A stretch of DNA of 64,000 bases. Source: an uncultured virus (IMG/VR IMGVR_UViG_3300034105_004634). Taxonomy: Duplodnaviria; Heunggongvirae; Uroviricota; Caudoviricetes. Location of the stretch: IMG/VR virus record IMGVR_UViG_3300034105_004634. One strand, given 5' to 3'. The notes beneath the pieces were generated by a model. It was not told the origin of the DNA, ran no database searches, and was given only the letters and a program-made list of their open reading frames with translations. The translations under genes were made by a program, and so were the position numbers. Positions 61,409 to 64,000 of this stretch are shown piece by piece; position 1 is the stretch's first letter, and every line of letters begins with the position of its first letter.

Positions 61409-61981
61409 CTATATACTATCGGAAAGAAATTCCATTATTCTTTCTCTTATACCTGACTGCTTTATACCTTCGTTCATCCTTGGCGTCAATACAAAATTTT
61501 TAACTCCCCATGTTTTTGTCATAGTCATATCAAGATCATCAACAGCAACCCAATGTGTTATTTCTGGATTATCTTTGACGTATTGATTTATTTCAAATGA
61601 TCTTTCCTGCTCGTACTTTAGTGATAATTTCCATGCAAAACCTTCCGGCTTATCACAGCCAACCCAGCTTTTAGTTAAAGCAATAGGCCTTCTTATAATA
61701 CCCTGAGAATTATAATAATCGCCAAGCTCCTCTAGTGTGGCATGTTTTTTCCAATCCGAACTAACCACGATTTCAGCACCAGTTTCTAATAGGATTTGAT
61801 TAAGAACATTAACAGCTTTCTTGTCAAAGTCATCGAATCGATGAAATACATCAACGGTGCTCCATGAGTTAGCTTCGGGATGGAGCTTTCTGTATTTTTT
61901 ATATTTTCTTGTTCTACCTCCCCAGTTATTAGAAAGACAAATTACGCCATCGTTATCGAGGAACAAAATTTTATTTGGCAT
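61409..61981 (-). CDS. HAD phosphatase (RNA-repair type)
   Basis: FLDNDGV, VVSSDWK and WVAVDD motifs. Confidence 0.75.
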   Translation of the reverse strand: MPNKILFLDNDGVICLSNNWGGRTRKYKKYRKLHPEANSWSTVDVFHRFDDFDKKAVNVLNQILLETGAEIVVSSDWKKHATLEELGDYYNSQGIIRRPIALTKSWVGCDKPEGFAWKLSLKYEQERSFEINQYVKDNPEITHWVAVDDLDMTMTKTWGVKNFVLTPRMNEGIKQSGIRERIMEFLSDSI

Positions 61982-62328
61982 ATTTTAGAATTTCATCCTG
62001 GCTATTCTACCAACAAGTTCCTTATTGGCACACTCCAGCTTTTTAATTTTTTCCTTCAGTTTCCCCTTGCTTTCCATCTCAGATTTCATGGAGACATATT
62101 GATTATATTCTCTTCTCTGCTGATCAGATAAGGGAACTTGTTTTTCTTTCTTTTCTAATTCCCTCTCTAGTTTGGCTATTCTATCCTCAAGCTCGTGAAT
62201 ATATGAATTATTTTGTCCCCTCTCAACAAGCATGGATCTTATTTTATTCAAAGCCCACATAACTGATTCATTCTCCGAATATGTTCTTCTTAATTTAACA
62301 AGAACCGATTTATTAATCTTTTCCATAA

Positions 62329-63561
62329 TTAGTCGCTATCCTTAGATGAACCAAAACCAACTCCTTTTTGTCCCTTGCCTCTTGGTGTTTTCTTAAGATC
62401 TCTAAGATGTTTAAGTGCATCATCATATTTATTATCTAATAAGAAAACAGAGATGAATAATTCCTTAAGGTGTGAGATTGACATGCCTTCAGTATCTTTA
62501 ACCCATTGATTAAAGTCGATTTCGGCTTCACTACCGAGCTTATTTTTTAAATAAGACATTCTTACTTCCGCTGACGGAGGAGCTATATAATGTCTTCTAT
62601 CGAATCGAGATGGACGGTTAGTGATTCTCTCAGCTAGCTTCTCTGGGTAGTTGGTTGTTGCTATATAAACAACATTCTCAATTTGTTTAATTCCATCAAG
62701 AATATTGAGAAGCTGTGATGTAACATAGCTACCTTCCGCAGCTATACCATCTATATCCTCTATGATGACTATGATTGGCCTATCTGGTTCAATCTGCCTC
62801 AATTTACCAATGATTTCCAGATAACCCCTAATTGTATCCTCGTCCTTAACATTTATTACTATACCTGATAGCTCCTTGATTATATGTTTCATGCAAAGCT
62901 GAAGAATTCCGGATTTACCGCAGCCCGGGTCACCATAAAGAAGAACTCCTCTTTTGTGCATAAGTTTATACTTAGCGTATTCTTCCTTTTTATCCCAAAA
63001 GCTCTTCAGATCGGTTAATATAAGCTCTATCTCCTTTGTGGGTAATTCATAAAGCTCATCAGTATTAACATCCTGCTTCATAAGACCCCATTCACTGGCT
63101 CTGTTATTATAATGTGGTTCATAAAGGCCAGGAAGTAGAATTTTTTGAGTTTTTGGAGCAGCTATGTAACTACCATCACCAACTATATTCCATTGAGTAA
63201 AATCAGTTTTTCTTTTTGTCCCTTCCTCTTCTTCCAGTAGATCTGATATTGATCTTGGCGGATGATAATTGTCGTGCATATCTGTATAATTTTTAATTTT
63301 CTTAAGCGTCTGTATTATTCCTTCTGATCTTACTTTCTTCGACATACTCAATTTTTTTAATTCCCACGTGTACCAATGTCCTATCCATCTTTGATATCTG
63401 GGTTTTATATAAATCTCTTTACCGTTAATTCCCTTAATTGTTCCATAAAAAGGTCCAATTTTACCTTCTTTTATAAAACCAATAGTGTTGCCTACGATTT
63501 CTATTTTTTCTCCGACTTTATACTTTGGATCCGGCATTATTTCTGTATTTGCTGAACCCAA
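62329..63561 (-). CDS. AAA+ ATPase (true start may be 63345)
   Basis: GDPGCGKS, IEDID, ATTNYPE and RPSRFD motifs. Confidence 0.85.
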   Translation of the reverse strand: MGSANTEIMPDPKYKVGEKIEIVGNTIGFIKEGKIGPFYGTIKGINGKEIYIKPRYQRWIGHWYTWELKKLSMSKKVRSEGIIQTLKKIKNYTDMHDNYHPPRSISDLLEEEEGTKRKTDFTQWNIVGDGSYIAAPKTQKILLPGLYEPHYNNRASEWGLMKQDVNTDELYELPTKEIELILTDLKSFWDKKEEYAKYKLMHKRGVLLYGDPGCGKSGILQLCMKHIIKELSGIVINVKDEDTIRGYLEIIGKLRQIEPDRPIIVIIEDIDGIAAEGSYVTSQLLNILDGIKQIENVVYIATTNYPEKLAERITNRPSRFDRRHYIAPPSAEVRMSYLKNKLGSEAEIDFNQWVKDTEGMSISHLKELFISVFLLDNKYDDALKHLRDLKKTPRGKGQKGVGFGSSKDSD

Positions 63562-64000
63562 TGGGTCATTCTTTTATCCTTTGTTGTTTCTCTAATTACA
63601 GGAAATCCATTCTCGCATATTGCCCTACCATACACTCTGAAATAGAATGCAAAATTACCAGTATCCCCATCAATGTCCTTGTATGTGCTGATTGTCGCAC
63701 ACCTTCTGGCATATGAACTTCTAACAACATTCAGAGTTGCTTTATTTAATACAGAAAACTCAAGATTACTTAAAGAGCTAACCAAACGATGTGGGGAAAT
63801 TCCAGCTATATAGAGAACCTCAGCTTTTATATAATTTCCAATACCACCAATTAGGGATTGGTTCATGAGCACTTCAGGTAAGGTTTTATTTGGATATTTC
63901 ATTAATCTTTCTCTAAATAGAGAATCGGATATCTCATCACTTAAATGGTTCGGTCCAATTGTTTTTTTCTTTTTATTGGTCTCATTTATATCGTCGGTAA
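63537..64000 (-). CDS. Fpg/Nei-family DNA glycosylase, C-terminal part (runs off the window)
   Basis: H2TH motif LMNQ..IGGIGNY...E.LY.A.ISP; VYGR; R.THW. Confidence 0.82.
   Translation of the reverse strand, partial: TDDINETNKKKKTIGPNHLSDEISDSLFRERLMKYPNKTLPEVLMNQSLIGGIGNYIKAEVLYIAGISPHRLVSSLSNLEFSVLNKATLNVVRSSYARRCATISTYKDIDGDTGNFAFYFRVYGRAICENGFPVIRETTKDKRMTHWVQQIQK

Noticed and set aside
2453..63716. Many short plus-strand ORFs in the track
   Set aside because: They are antisense shadows of well-supported minus-strand genes and have no motifs
1..64000. Stop-codon reassignment as in some jumbo phages
   Set aside because: Recognisable genes are full length in the standard code, and TAA, TAG and TGA all end genes
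1..64000. CRISPR array or diversity-generating retroelement
   Set aside because: No regularly spaced repeats, reverse transcriptase or adenine-specific TR/VR pair was seen; the repeats found are promoters or paralog blocks

Overview
AT-rich, gene-dense, mostly minus-strand segment that reads as the accessory region of a large T4-like (jumbo) phage of a Bacteroidota host. At least 13 copies of a TAnnTTTG-type promoter drive the minus-strand operons, and a second motif (GATATATA) precedes late or virion-type genes. The window encodes NAD/ADP-ribose metabolism (NAMPT-like, Prs-like, NADAR, macrodomain, SLOG), RNA repair and translation rescue (two RNA ligases, PNK-like kinase, phosphoesterases, CCA-adding enzyme, Pth2, SmpB, Mesh1-like HD, ClpP), glycosyl- and methyltransferases, a GH19 endolysin, a Dda-like helicase and two free-standing endonucleases. 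The highlights are: (1) an ORF-free ~440-nt transcription unit made of a tRNA-like element lacking a normal anticodon loop plus a highly paired multi-domain RNA; (2) an RNA ligase 1 gene fractured at its KxDG/S active-site motif by a naturally split intein, with an endonuclease gene between the halves; (3) a T4 capsid-targeting-like N-terminal leader on more than 10 unrelated proteins, including a ferritin; (4) degenerate capsid and prohead-protease paralogs; (5) a seven-member modular paralog family. All functional calls come from motif recognition by eye; no searches were run.
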